Of a stretch of 64,000 bases of DNA, positions 32,705 through 42,876 are shown in pieces. Position 1 is the first letter of the stretch. Each line of letters opens with the position of its first letter. The notes under the pieces are model-generated. The model saw nothing but the letters and a program-made list of their open reading frames with translations, was not told the origin of the DNA and searched no databases. A program made the position numbers and the translations under genes. The stretch is from positions 1-64,000 of the forward strand of contig CAWJKV010000005.1 in the NCBI GenBank assembly GCA_963843555.1, in the 5' to 3' direction. The DNA is from an uncultured Methanosarcinales archaeon (GTDB lineage: Archaea; Halobacteriota; Methanosarcinia; Methanotrichales; Methanotrichaceae).

Positions 32705-33698
32705 TCCCGTCACTGGCTTTCAGATTCCAACCTCCTGGTTCAGAGCCTGTCCCGACCCAGAGGCTCTGCAAAAGATCCAGAGCGGCAGATGGGTCCTTCT
32801 CTCCAACGGCCTTCTCTTGCGGCGAGGCCTGACCACGGGAACGACCGCTGCCGCCGCCTGCAAAGGAGCCGTCCTCTCCCTGAATGGATCGGTCGATTGC
32901 CTGGAGGTGATGACCCCTGTGGGGATCAGAGTATCTCTGCCCGCAGTCGGCAAAGATGGCTTTTGCGTCGCCATCAAAGATGCTGGCGACCACCGGTTCG
33001 ATGTCACTCGCGGCCTGGAGATAGTGGCCCAGGCCAGACCATCTCTGGAGACGGCGCTTGTGGCGGGATCGGGAGTTGGCAGGATTGTGGCCAGAGGCCT
33101 GTGCGATGAAGTAGGAAGGCCGGCCATAAGCCCCTCTGCCCGGCGACAGATCATGTCGGCGATATCAGAGGGCCTGGAAGAGATAGGCCTGGATCATGCG
33201 CATGTGGAATTGAATGTTCCCCGGGGCCTGGAGCTGGCCGAAGAGACCCTTAATCCTAAACTAGGCATAATGGGTGGCATCTCCATACTGGGCTCAACGG
33301 GTTTTGTGGAACCCTGGAACGATCACTTCATCAACGACAAGGCCCTGGAACTGAAAGGAGCCAAAAGGGTGGTGGTCACCACAGGCAGAACGGGTCTTAA
33401 GTTCAGTCGCATTCTCTTTCCCGATCATAAAGCTGTGCTCATGGGGAGCCAGCTTGACCGGCTGGAATTTGAGAAGGATCAGGAGAGCATCCTATGCGGC
33501 CTGCCCGCTCTCATCCTCAAGTGGGCTTGGCCCCGGGTTTTGGAGGGAACAAACTTTGGCACTGTGGCGGAGATGGCAGAGAAGGAGCCGCAGCACAGGA
33601 ACATCGCCCTGGGACTGGAGAAGGCCAAAAAGAAGCTGCCCCACACCCGAATCGTTCTGCTCCATAAAGACGGACGCATTTTAGGAGATGCACCATGA
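32685..33698 (+). CDS. cbiD: Cobalt-precorrin-5B C1-methyltransferase
   Basis: RRGLTTGTTAAAA, KDAGD..DVT, TLNPKLGIMGGISILGSTGFVEP. Confidence 0.92.
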   Translation: MPETTTDPVTGFQIPTSWFRACPDPEALQKIQSGRWVLLSNGLLLRRGLTTGTTAAAACKGAVLSLNGSVDCLEVMTPVGIRVSLPAVGKDGFCVAIKDAGDHRFDVTRGLEIVAQARPSLETALVAGSGVGRIVARGLCDEVGRPAISPSARRQIMSAISEGLEEIGLDHAHVELNVPRGLELAEETLNPKLGIMGGISILGSTGFVEPWNDHFINDKALELKGAKRVVVTTGRTGLKFSRILFPDHKAVLMGSQLDRLEFEKDQESILCGLPALILKWAWPRVLEGTNFGTVAEMAEKEPQHRNIALGLEKAKKKLPHTRIVLLHKDGRILGDAP

Positions 33699-34267
33699 TC
33701 ATAGTGGGAGTGGGCATAGGTCCGAAGATGCTGACCCCGGAGGCCAGAGAGGCCATTGGCCAGGCCCGGCTCATTTACGGCTCGAAGAGGGCCATCGATC
33801 TGGTCAGGGATCACATCTTCCCGGGCTCTACGGTTGAAGTTATTGAGGACTACGGGAAGCTGGCAGATCTCCCTGAAGAGGCAGTGGTTTTGAGCACGGG
33901 CGACCCCATGCTCTCCGGCCTGGGATATCTGGACGGCCAGGTAATCCCCGGGATCTCCAGCATGCAGGTGGCCTGCGCCCGCCTGAAAGTCAGTCAGCTC
34001 AAGGTGATTCCCATCACTGTTCACGGCCGGAGCCTGGACCCTGAGGCCATAGCCTTTGAACTGCGTCGCGAGAGATGCGTCTTCTTGCTCACAGATGAGA
34101 GCACCGATCTGCAGGGCCTCTGTCGTTATCTGGAATCACAAGGCTTGCGGCGGGCTGTGGCCTCTCTCACAAACCTGGGATACCCTGAGGAGAGGATCGT
34201 TAAAGGGAGCACAGCCTCACCACCGCAGGCTCCCGGTCTGTCCTGCATCCTCATCGGCAAATTTTGA
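33695..34267 (+). CDS. cbiE: Cobalt-precorrin-7 C5-methyltransferase
   Basis: VGVGIG, LSTGDPMLSGLG, IPGISSMQ, VHGR, NLGYPEE. Confidence 0.88.
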   Translation: MIIVGVGIGPKMLTPEAREAIGQARLIYGSKRAIDLVRDHIFPGSTVEVIEDYGKLADLPEEAVVLSTGDPMLSGLGYLDGQVIPGISSMQVACARLKVSQLKVIPITVHGRSLDPEAIAFELRRERCVFLLTDESTDLQGLCRYLESQGLRRAVASLTNLGYPEERIVKGSTASPPQAPGLSCILIGKF

Positions 34268-34279
34268 GTGGGGAAAGGC

Positions 34280-35236
34280 TCAGGGGTTGCAGCTCTTGCA
34301 GGGAAGATAGCCCTGTCTCCTTGCAGACTCAGCGCTCTGGAAATTGATCCTGTTCTCCGGCTTTATCTTCAGAGCATAGCGGCAATCCAGTAGATGGTAC
34401 TTTTTTGAGGTACTGCTGCCCACGATCATGGCTTTTGTCGCGTCGTTGGAGGAAGACGCAGGTAAGGACCCAGACGGAGATGAATCGTTCTCATCTACGA
34501 CCGTCTCAGCTGCCAGGCTGCCTTCGACCTTCTCTTTCTTCTTGGAGGGGGCCACTGTCCCATCTTCATCTTTCGTCACGGTGCCCATCTTTGCCTCATC
34601 TCCGGCCTCATTCAAGGTCTTTTTCTCTGCCATGACATCTTCCAGGGTCTCCTCGTCCTCGTTCTCCGATGCCCGGACACCCTCCTCTTTCGCCATCTCC
34701 TCTTGGGCCTTCTGTTTGGCGAATTCTGCTTCTAAGGAGAGGGGAATTTGACCGGATTTGAAATCCTGCAAGGGCTTTTCCAGGCTGCACTTTCTGTTTT
34801 CCAGAGCCAGAGTTCCCTCTGGACCTGAGACCTCCAAAGTGCAGTTGTAGTCACCCGGCTGGATTCTCATATTCTTGGAGATCTCAAAGTTATAGTCCCT
34901 GTTAGGCTCAAGTTGCATCAGCAAGTATTTTGTGCGCATTAGAGGAGTTCCTCCATCCTGGGCAAGGGTAGCATTGAGCATAAGATAAGGAAGTGAGCCA
35001 TTGCCTATGAGCAAAACTTTTCCCTCTGCACAAAAGAGATTGCTCTTCACCACCGCCTCGTAATCCAACTGCAAATGAGAGGATAGTTCCCCTAACTGCT
35101 GATTTTCAGCTCCAAACGAAGGCACTTGAGAGAGTTGAGGCCCTCGATCTATGCAGCCCACCATAGAGAACAATGCCAATATAAGAGGAAATAAAATTAG
35201 AGTTATACCACACTTACTAAAAATTTTTATAATCAA
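34280..35236 (-). CDS. Lipoprotein with C-terminal Ada-like Zn-binding domain
   Basis: Lipobox SMVGC; GSSTSKKYHLLDCRYA...GYLPCKSCNP; start uncertain. Confidence 0.7.
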   Translation of the reverse strand: MIIKIFSKCGITLILFPLILALFSMVGCIDRGPQLSQVPSFGAENQQLGELSSHLQLDYEAVVKSNLFCAEGKVLLIGNGSLPYLMLNATLAQDGGTPLMRTKYLLMQLEPNRDYNFEISKNMRIQPGDYNCTLEVSGPEGTLALENRKCSLEKPLQDFKSGQIPLSLEAEFAKQKAQEEMAKEEGVRASENEDEETLEDVMAEKKTLNEAGDEAKMGTVTKDEDGTVAPSKKKEKVEGSLAAETVVDENDSSPSGSLPASSSNDATKAMIVGSSTSKKYHLLDCRYALKIKPENRINFQSAESARRQGYLPCKSCNP

Positions 35237-35336
35237 TTGATCAACCCCCTTATTTCCAGTGGAGATCTTTGAACTCCAAGATCCTATCCCCAGAGATGTC
35301 TGAGGACTGAAGCTGTCCAGAGACTGTCTATGAGCC

Positions 35337-35795
35337 TCACCCTTGCATGGACCGAAATGCCCGCAGCAATCCTTCAATGCAGTCTAATTGCTTTTTCAGC
35401 TTATCCAGATCCTGTTCCACTTCCAGGCCCTCGGTGAGCTCTCCCAGACGGCGCAGCAAAGATGCGCGAAGGTTCGCCTTCGCTCTTATAAATTCAACAT
35501 CTTCCCCTTCATACCGGATAGCCTCTCTTGTCTCCGATCTCCTCGACGAGCTTGCAATAGCCTCCTTCTGCGACAAAGTCTCGCCTGCAGGAAATGATTT
35601 TTCCAGCTGACTCGCGGTGCCCGACCCCTCCGCCAGAGCAATAGACGATGACTTATCTGGAAAGGAGCAGACAGGGCAGACGACCTCTCCCTGGCAGCGA
35701 AAGAGAGGCGCGCCACAGTCATGATGTGTGGCCAGCATTGTGCAGCCCTGCTCCAGCAGCCTGGTTATCTTGCCGAGAACTTCATCTTCATCCAT
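35337..35795 (-). CDS. UPF0148 / Auto_anti-p27 Zn-ribbon protein
   Basis: LLEQGCTMLATHHDCGAPLF...CPVC. Confidence 0.82.
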   Translation of the reverse strand: MDEDEVLGKITRLLEQGCTMLATHHDCGAPLFRCQGEVVCPVCSFPDKSSSIALAEGSGTASQLEKSFPAGETLSQKEAIASSSRRSETREAIRYEGEDVEFIRAKANLRASLLRRLGELTEGLEVEQDLDKLKKQLDCIEGLLRAFRSMQG

Positions 35796-35895
35796 GTCTC
35801 ATCACCCTCATCCCACATACGTTTAAATACAACGATATAGCATCTTTGCATAACTGATTAAGACGGATACCGTCATTAACCTTTTTCCCATAGAT

Positions 35896-36171
35896 ATGGG
35901 TGGTGATTCTACGACAGCTGATAATGTCCTTAAGCAATGCGTTGAGGTATTAGAACGTATTATGAGTGATGACGCCGTCCCGAGGAATATCAGGCGCTCC
36001 GCTGAGAGCGTCAAGACCATCCTCACGGACGAGAGTGTAAGCGAAGCAATCAAGGCCGCATCTGCCATCTCAATACTTGACGAGATAAGCAATGACCCCA
36101 ATATTCCCCTTCATACCCGAACTCTGATCTGGAATGTTGCCAGCCAGCTTGAGACCATACCTGTAGCTTGA
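35896..36171 (+). CDS. UPF0147 family protein
   Basis: [26 protein letters not shown]. Confidence 0.88.
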   Translation: MGGDSTTADNVLKQCVEVLERIMSDDAVPRNIRRSAESVKTILTDESVSEAIKAASAISILDEISNDPNIPLHTRTLIWNVASQLETIPVA

Positions 36172-36289
36172 ATTTCTCTACTGCTAAGATGCGTTTCTCT
36201 TTGGCCAAAGAGAACAAAAGCCAACATAAGAGGCAATTTCACCTTTTTGAGATTAAAGGCGCTCATAACCAGAGGATGCAGGGCTAAGA

Positions 36290-37070
36290 GAGACCGTATG
36301 ATTTCCACTGGAACCTGTCTCTTTGCCCACTGGCGTATGACGAAGCTGCAGGCATTGAGCATTCTTTTGATGTGATTGATCTGCAGGACAACAAAGCCTC
36401 AGATTTGGACCTGACTGCAGAGGAGATCAGAGCACCACTAGAATCCTTATCATATCTCTATATACTATCTCAAAGACATGAAAGAATCGAAGGCTATCGG
36501 TATCTGGATGAGCCTGTCATTTCCAGCAAGCCTGTCATTTCCGGCAAAGACGCAGGAATTATCGTCATCATAATGGAATATAGAAATGCGGACATTTGAA
36601 CGTTTTTTAGTAAATGCTTAAGAATTTAAGGGAAAAATAAAAATAAGCGATGATTTATAGATTTATAAATTAGATTATGAATTATGATTTTAAAATTATA
36701 TTTTACACACATCTTTCCTGATATCAATGGAATTAAAAGATATGATCGCTTCATACCCTTTAAAAAAAGTTTTGCCCCTCTCGCGATGGGTCTTAATCTT
36801 CTTCTTTTGTCGATACTGATGAATAAGAATAAATCCAATGCTCTATGGGCGCATTTATTTGAAAATTTGACAGACTCCATCCACAATAATAATGATAATA
36901 CCTTTTACTTTTTTGACAATAAAGCTTATATACAAATAAAATCATACCATACAACCGGCTAATTTTATTTCATTATCTATCATGAGAAACTACGTTTTTT
37001 TTATTTCCTTTCCACTGGAAACCATGGGGTGGGAGGGCCAAGTTCCACTGGAAATAAAGGGGTGTTTACC
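36290..37070. other. Chromosomal replication origin (oriC): ORBs flanking an AT-rich DUE
   Basis: TTTCCACTGGAAACCATGGGG (37009), GTTCCACTGGAAATAAAGGGG (37042), inverted GTTCCAGTGGAAATC (~36300-36314); very AT-rich 36600-37000; upstream of cdc6. Confidence 0.85.
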
Positions 37071-37122
37071 ATAACTCTTAATATCCCCCAAGACCTAGAA
37101 AAATTGTTCGAGGGGAATTATC

Positions 37123-38356
37123 TTGGTATCTATTTCGAAAGGGTTATTTGCTGATTTATTAGCGCAAGGAGGCATATTTCAGTCCAGAGATGTCCTGCGT
37201 CCTACTTATACGCCAAGCGAACTGCCTCATAGGAAACGAGCAGATCAACGGCCTGGCATCTGTTTTAGTTCCTGCATTAAGAGGAGAAACCCCCTCCAAT
37301 GTTCTTATCTATGGAAAAACCGGTACCGGTAAAACTGCAGTTGCCAAGTACGTAGGAAAAGAACTGGAAGAAGCAAGTTTTGGAGATATGAAGTGCACAG
37401 TGATCTACATCAACTGCGAGGTGGTAGACACTCAGTACAGAATTCTGGCTCATCTTAGCAAGACACTTTGATAAAGAGATCCCAATGACCGGCTGGCCTA
37501 CAGATCAGGTCTATGCAGAGTTCAGAAATGCAGTGGATGAAGAAAAACAAGTTGTCGTGATAATGCTGGATGAAGTGGACAAGCTGGTGAGAAAGGGAGA
37601 CGACGTTCTTTACAACCTCTCCCGTGTAAACTCTGATCTGCTTCGTTCCAAGGTCAGCATCATCGGCATATCCAATGACCTCAAGTTCACAGAGTTTCTA
37701 GATCCAAGAGTAAAAAGCTCTCTTGGCGAGGATGAGATCATCTTTCCGCCTTACAACGCCGAGCAGATTAGGGACATCCTGGAACAGAGAGCCAAGCTCT
37801 CCTTCTAGTCCAGGTGTTCTTCAAGAAAGCGTCATACCATTATGTGCTGCTTTTGCGGCCCAAGAGCATGGAGACGCTCGTAAAGCTCTGGATCTCTTGC
37901 GCATATCCGGAGAATTGGCCGAAAGAGCTCGCTCTGCTAGTTGTAGCTGAGGATCATGTGCGTTCTGCTCGAGAAAAGATTGAGCAGGACAGAGTAGAAG
38001 AGGTTATCAAGACTCTGCCCACTCAGTCCAAACTGGTGCTCTACAGCATTGTTCTATTAGAGGAACAGGGAACAAGAAACATCACCACCAGTGCCGTTTA
38101 CAACATGTACAAACAACTCTGCCCTCTGGTTGAGACCGACTTTTTGACCCATCGCAGGATAACGGATCTCATTGCAGAGCTGGATATGCTGGGCATATTG
38201 CATACGATTGTGATCAGCAAAGGTCGATACGGCCGGACCAAAGAGATCACGCTCAGTGTTTACTCCGGCAAGCTCAAGGCTACGCTGCAACAGGATTACC
38301 GGCTGAAGGTCTTGGGCAATGTCAATGTGCCTTGCCAGGCCCGGCTGGGCCTTTGA
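37123..38356 (+). CDS. cdc6: Orc1/Cdc6 initiator (several frameshifts)
   Basis: [46 protein letters not shown]. Confidence 0.93.
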
Positions 38357-38392
38357 TATCTCATTTTTCAGGATCCGGTTCATGCTAGACTG

Positions 38393-38635
38393 CTAAAAAC
38401 CCAGGCTCAGGAAATGGAGCAAAATCACCAGGAAGGCGCCCAGGATCCCGCCGATGCCACAGATGAGTATGACCAGCCAGCTGTAACCGATCTCCAGGCC
38501 GGCGGCGTAATTTGCGAGAAAAAGAATCAACAGCCCCATAGCTGCATTCATGATGAAATTCTTGATGGATCTCAGGATCAAGAATGCACCGAAGACTATA
38601 ACCAATATTAATACCACAAGCCCAGCTTCAGTCAT
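38393..38635 (-). CDS. BofA-like small membrane protein
   Basis: NAAMGLLILFLAN...LICGIGGILGA pattern. Confidence 0.7.
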   Translation of the reverse strand: MTEAGLVVLILVIVFGAFLILRSIKNFIMNAAMGLLILFLANYAAGLEIGYSWLVILICGIGGILGAFLVILLHFLSLGF

Positions 38636-38687
38636 TCCAGCAAACTAAGGAACACTAACTATTTAAAAAGTCTCTTTTCCTAAGGCA

Positions 38688-41600
38688 TCATACCTTGAAA
38701 GACTCCATCTCGCTGGCCAGGCGGTGCAACTCCTTAGTGTCCAGGGATAGTGGATCTACATGCACCAGCAATATGGCGTTCTTCAGGGCGATCTCATCCC
38801 TCTGGGACTGAACGAACCGGAGCACAGTCTCATAATTGCTCTGAGTTATGAGATAACCTAGGCCTTCCAGCAGGATGACTGGATAGCTCGCCTTGCTGAG
38901 GAAATCGGAGATCATACTGCTCAGGCGGGGGAAGTTCGTTGGGTCCACAGACCTGTATCCCGGCTCGCTCTTTTGCGTCAGCCATATAACAGTCTCTGCG
39001 GGCACATTATATCTCTCATACAGAGTCTCGGGATTGTAGCGGCTCAAGCATAAGCCCTCCATGCCGTGCATTACCAGTTCGCTGAAGATCTCCAGGATCT
39101 TTTGCGGCTTTTCTTCCTCAATGATATAAGTGGTTCCTGGTATGAGAGATATCTCGTAGGGACTTCGACCGTAGCTTTTCATGATACCTTCCAGGGCATT
39201 GATGGGGTCGAAGGCAGTATCATGCGTTTTGATGATTCTGGCCAGCCTCCTCAAAGCAACGAAGAAGCCGCGTCTCGTCAGCACCAGCCCACACCTGATC
39301 CTTAGCTGCTGCAAAGAGCCCAAAGCATCTTGCATATCCGGTTCGCAGGCCGTGCTGGAGTCATCAGAGATCGGTTCGGCTCTGGCAGGGCTCTCAAAGA
39401 ACCCGCCTGCAGCTATCATCTCATTAGTGACAGTCACCACCTCTTTTCTCACCTCTTCGCTCAAATTAGAGAGCATAGCCTCGGAGAATACCCGGAAGAG
39501 GTAGGCGGAGAGGGGACCCAAAGAGAAGATCAGCTCTTTGATCTCATTTACATTCGATGTCAAACTCGCATGGACAAACTCCGGCTTCTCCGCCAGTATC
39601 AAGTGCGTCTTATGGCCCAGGAGCTCCATCTGATAGACGAAGTCCAGCATCTCCCTCTCCGGAACCCGGCCCATGTTTTCGTTTATCAGTTGTTCGATAC
39701 TGTCAATGAGCACAATGCTGTTCTTGCTGGACTCGACAAATGCTTTTATGGTCATGAAAAGAAGCGGCAAATTTCGGGGCGAGATGTAGCGATCGCTTCC
39801 CTTCTCATCGCTCAGCTTTATAATGGGCGTCTCCTTGAAGCCCCAGCGAAGCCTCACATCTTCTGGAGCATAATGGGTTATGCATAGCCCCTCTACACCA
39901 TGGGTGATCTGATCGGTGAAGACTTCATAGGCAATCTCAGGCACGATATAGATCTTTCCCGTCTTCAGATCATAAGTAGGAAGCGTTGCCTTTGCTTCTT
40001 CTTTCACCGGCTTTACGGGCAAGTGGTCTTCTACAATCATCCTCGTGGCGGAAGGCCCAACTGAGCCGGTGAGCGTCTTCTCGAACTGATCCCACAGCTC
40101 CAGAAGTTGCTGTGTCTCAATCTTCTCCCGGCTGGTGCCGAGTTGTTCAAGGTAGTTATCGACCTGCATTCTTGCCGTCTCTTTGCCTATGTAACGCGCC
40201 AGCGTCGCTTCCAGTTCCTCTACTGTACCCTGGCGTATTACCCTGCGTTCATGGTCCGGAGCCGGTGCCTTTTCACGGCATGGGTTGACGAAACAATCGG
40301 CAATGGCTGCCTCTTCCAAACTGGGCTTCGTTATGAGCGATACAAGAACGTAAAGGCTGCAATTGACAAGAAGGGTCCAGTATACAGAGTTCGTCCAAGG
40401 GTCCAGGTCAAGCCCGAACAGATCCGTGGGCTTGAGGAAGGCGGCGCCAAAGGGTCCATCCTTGACCAAACTTGCCAGCGCTCCATTGTTTCCCGCCACT
40501 GTTGGAATGAGGGCGGTGTAGGCCCAGAGCAAGAAGCCTGATACCAGCCCAGCCATCGCTCCTTCCCGGTTGCCTCTCTTCCAGTACAGGCCGCCCAAGG
40601 CGGCAGGTGCCAGTTGGCTGGCTGCCAGAAAAGAGACGATGCCGATATCTGCCAGGATCTGGTATGCCACAGCGCGCGAGTAAAGATATCCCAGGACCAC
40701 TACAATAAGTATGTTTAGCCTTCTCGTGTTGAGGAGAATACCAGCAAGGTTTTTTTGCTTTTTTATACGGCCCAGAATATAGGGCAGCTCCAGGTCGTTG
40801 AGAAGCATGGTGCCTACAGCTACGGATTCAATCAGTATCATGGCGGTGGCAGCCGACATCCCTCCTATGAAGACGAAGAGTGAAAGCAAGTCCTGATTAT
40901 GGGTGTAAGGTATGGTTATTATGAAGGCATCTTTTAGGCCTCCCGTATTGAGGAGCAATCCTCCCCACGCGATGGCTGGTACGAATAGATTGATTAATAA
41001 GAGATAGAGCGGAAAGAGCCACATTGCCCTCTTGAGGTGCTTCTCCTCGCTATTTTCCACCACCATAACGTGAAATTGTCTGGGCAGGAATAAGATGGCG
41101 AAGAAGGATATCAGAGTCAGTGAGAACCAGAGGGGATACTCCACGTCCATGAGATCGGCATATGCCGGATTATGGCTGGCCTGATCAACCATCTGGTTCG
41201 TTATATTCCCATAGCCACCGAAGATGCCATAGGCCACAAAAATTCCTACCAGGAGGAATGCCACTAATTTGACCAGGGATTCAAAGGCCACCACGGCGAT
41301 CAGTCCCTCATGGCGTTCCATGGGGTCGAGATGGTGTGCACCGAAAATGACTGCGAAGGCTCCCAGGAGCAGGGCCACTACCAGCTTACTCTCCGCAGGA
41401 AAGCCCAGCAATATGTTCGAACCTGTCAGTATCTCAAGCGATGTGGAGATGGCGATGAGCTGCAGGGCCACATAAGGGGTCACCATGATAAGGCACAATA
41501 CCGCCACCACGGCGCCTATAGCATAGCTCCTGCCGTAGCGGAAACTTAGAAAGTCGCTGATTGAGGTGAGCCTGTTCTCTTTTGAGACGCGAATCATCTT

Positions 41601-41849
41601 GCGGATGACTATCCACCCCAAAGTCATGGCTAAGACGGGTCCCAGGTAGATGGGCAAAAACTCCAGGCCGGTTGATGCTGCCCTTCCTATGGAGCCGTAA
41701 AAGGTCCAGGCGGAGACATAGACGCATAGAGAAAGAGCATAAACATAGGGGTTGGCAACGATGCTCTTGCCCAGATGCTTCCGTTGATCGGCATAGCGGG
41801 CTATGGCAAAGAGCAGCAGCAGGTATAGGACCATGATGAGCAGAGCCAC
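38688..41849 (-). CDS. SLC5 (Na+/solute symporter)-STAC-DUF835-DUF835 fusion protein
   Basis: YALSLCVYVSAWTFYGSIG, YVALQL, AFESLVKL, LPRQFHV (CrbS/CbrA-type SLC5); STAC LARYIG...LTGSVGPSATRM; two GLC..R/VWL/PTN/VILLEG.EYL-type DUF835 domains. Confidence 0.88.
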   Translation of the reverse strand: MALLIMVLYLLLLFAIARYADQRKHLGKSIVANPYVYALSLCVYVSAWTFYGSIGRAASTGLEFLPIYLGPVLAMTLGWIVIRKMIRVSKENRLTSISDFLSFRYGRSYAIGAVVAVLCLIMVTPYVALQLIAISTSLEILTGSNILLGFPAESKLVVALLLGAFAVIFGAHHLDPMERHEGLIAVVAFESLVKLVAFLLVGIFVAYGIFGGYGNITNQMVDQASHNPAYADLMDVEYPLWFSLTLISFFAILFLPRQFHVMVVENSEEKHLKRAMWLFPLYLLLINLFVPAIAWGGLLLNTGGLKDAFIITIPYTHNQDLLSLFVFIGGMSAATAMILIESVAVGTMLLNDLELPYILGRIKKQKNLAGILLNTRRLNILIVVVLGYLYSRAVAYQILADIGIVSFLAASQLAPAALGGLYWKRGNREGAMAGLVSGFLLWAYTALIPTVAGNNGALASLVKDGPFGAAFLKPTDLFGLDLDPWTNSVYWTLLVNCSLYVLVSLITKPSLEEAAIADCFVNPCREKAPAPDHERRVIRQGTVEELEATLARYIGKETARMQVDNYLEQLGTSREKIETQQLLELWDQFEKTLTGSVGPSATRMIVEDHLPVKPVKEEAKATLPTYDLKTGKIYIVPEIAYEVFTDQITHGVEGLCITHYAPEDVRLRWGFKETPIIKLSDEKGSDRYISPRNLPLLFMTIKAFVESSKNSIVLIDSIEQLINENMGRVPEREMLDFVYQMELLGHKTHLILAEKPEFVHASLTSNVNEIKELIFSLGPLSAYLFRVFSEAMLSNLSEEVRKEVVTVTNEMIAAGGFFESPARAEPISDDSSTACEPDMQDALGSLQQLRIRCGLVLTRRGFFVALRRLARIIKTHDTAFDPINALEGIMKSYGRSPYEISLIPGTTYIIEEEKPQKILEIFSELVMHGMEGLCLSRYNPETLYERYNVPAETVIWLTQKSEPGYRSVDPTNFPRLSSMISDFLSKASYPVILLEGLGYLITQSNYETVLRFVQSQRDEIALKNAILLVHVDPLSLDTKELHRLASEMESFKV

Positions 41850-41860
41850 ATTGGGTCCTA

Positions 41861-42070
41861 TCAGTCGGAATTCCTCCTATCGAAAAGATAGAGCACGAGT
41901 ATGATAACCAGCCAGACCGTGGTTATGTATAGCAATATCGCAGGTACACCCATAAGGGCGAAGCCCTCGGCCAGGGTGAGCATGGGCCAGTTGAGCAGCA
42001 GCCACCCTAAGACGAAGAGAAAGGCCCAGAATTCTTTCAGGCCAAGGAGATCCCGGAAAGAGAGTTCCAT
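41861..42070 (-). CDS. Small 2-TM membrane protein (CbrX/DUF3311-like partner)
   Basis: LFVLGWLLLNWPML...GVPAILLYITTVW. Confidence 0.78.
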   Translation of the reverse strand: MELSFRDLLGLKEFWAFLFVLGWLLLNWPMLTLAEGFALMGVPAILLYITTVWLVIILVLYLFDRRNSD

Positions 42071-42071
42071 G

Positions 42072-42758
42072 CTATAAACCCGGATAAATTACCAATCCTT
42101 TTACGGATATATCTACCGCACGCTTTCCTAAATGGTGGGATGTGCCGCACATCTTAAGAATCTCGATGGTCCTCCTTCTTGTAAAATTTATCTCTTCATT
42201 TTGCAGCAATATTATTCCGTCTGCGATCTGCGCTATAGAAATGGGGTACGGAGCTCCAGGCAGCGCATCCTCCGCCACCAGTGCAACCGCTTTTTTTGAT
42301 TTGATCAGATGAGATAGCTTTAGGAGAAAGCGCCAGTATTCATCTTTGAGCACATCTTCCAGAAAAGATAGATTCTCCATGACGATTCGAGCCGGTTCGA
42401 TTGTATCGATCTGCATCTCGAGCGCTTTTAGAAGTTCATCCGATCTTCCTGCCTTTTCCACTATGCCTTCCAGCTCCACGTAGCAGATCTCTTTGCCAAA
42501 GTACGAACTCTTCACAAACTCGTAACTGGAGGCGAAATTGAATAGCAGATCAGGCGGTCCGCCGAAAGTCAGGAGGTAAAGCCCGTGCTCCCCATGATCC
42601 GCACCTTTGCAGAGAAACTGAGTGCAGAGTGTGGTCTTACCTGCCCCCGCATCGCCTGCCACAAGAGTAATGGAGGGTATGGGAAGGCCACCTTCAATCA
42701 TATCATCCAGGCCTTGTATTCCTGTAGCCATCCTGTCTATAAAATTCAATCCTTTCAC
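42072..42758 (-). CDS. Single-domain KaiC/RAD55-like ATPase (degenerate)
   Basis: TGIQGLDDMIEGGLP, GDAGAGKT, ADGIILL, RTIEILKM.GT.H. Confidence 0.88.
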   Translation of the reverse strand: MKGLNFIDRMATGIQGLDDMIEGGLPIPSITLVAGDAGAGKTTLCTQFLCKGADHGEHGLYLLTFGGPPDLLFNFASSYEFVKSSYFGKEICYVELEGIVEKAGRSDELLKALEMQIDTIEPARIVMENLSFLEDVLKDEYWRFLLKLSHLIKSKKAVALVAEDALPGAPYPISIAQIADGIILLQNEEINFTRRRTIEILKMCGTSHHLGKRAVDISVKGLVIYPGL

Positions 42759-42876
42759 CTAGACAGTTTTAGAAAATACTAGTACCTTATCTTATTTGTC
42801 TTTATTCTTCGACTTTGATTTTTGTATATCAGACGGCTTTTATATCAGGAATCCATTCTCGCTGTCGTGAGATGAC

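Noticed and set aside
36512..36548. 18-bp tandem duplication CCTGTCATTTCCRGCAA near oriC
   Set aside because: Only two copies and not matching the ORB consensus; no supportable function.
36372..36962. Short ORFs in the AT-rich region
   Set aside because: They fall in the origin/DUE, have atypical composition and show no motifs.
37123..38356. Programmed frameshifting or pyrrolysine read-through in cdc6, alaS or lysC
   Set aside because: Breaks are multiple, change frame, and lack slippery sites or in-frame amber continuity; sequencing error is simpler.
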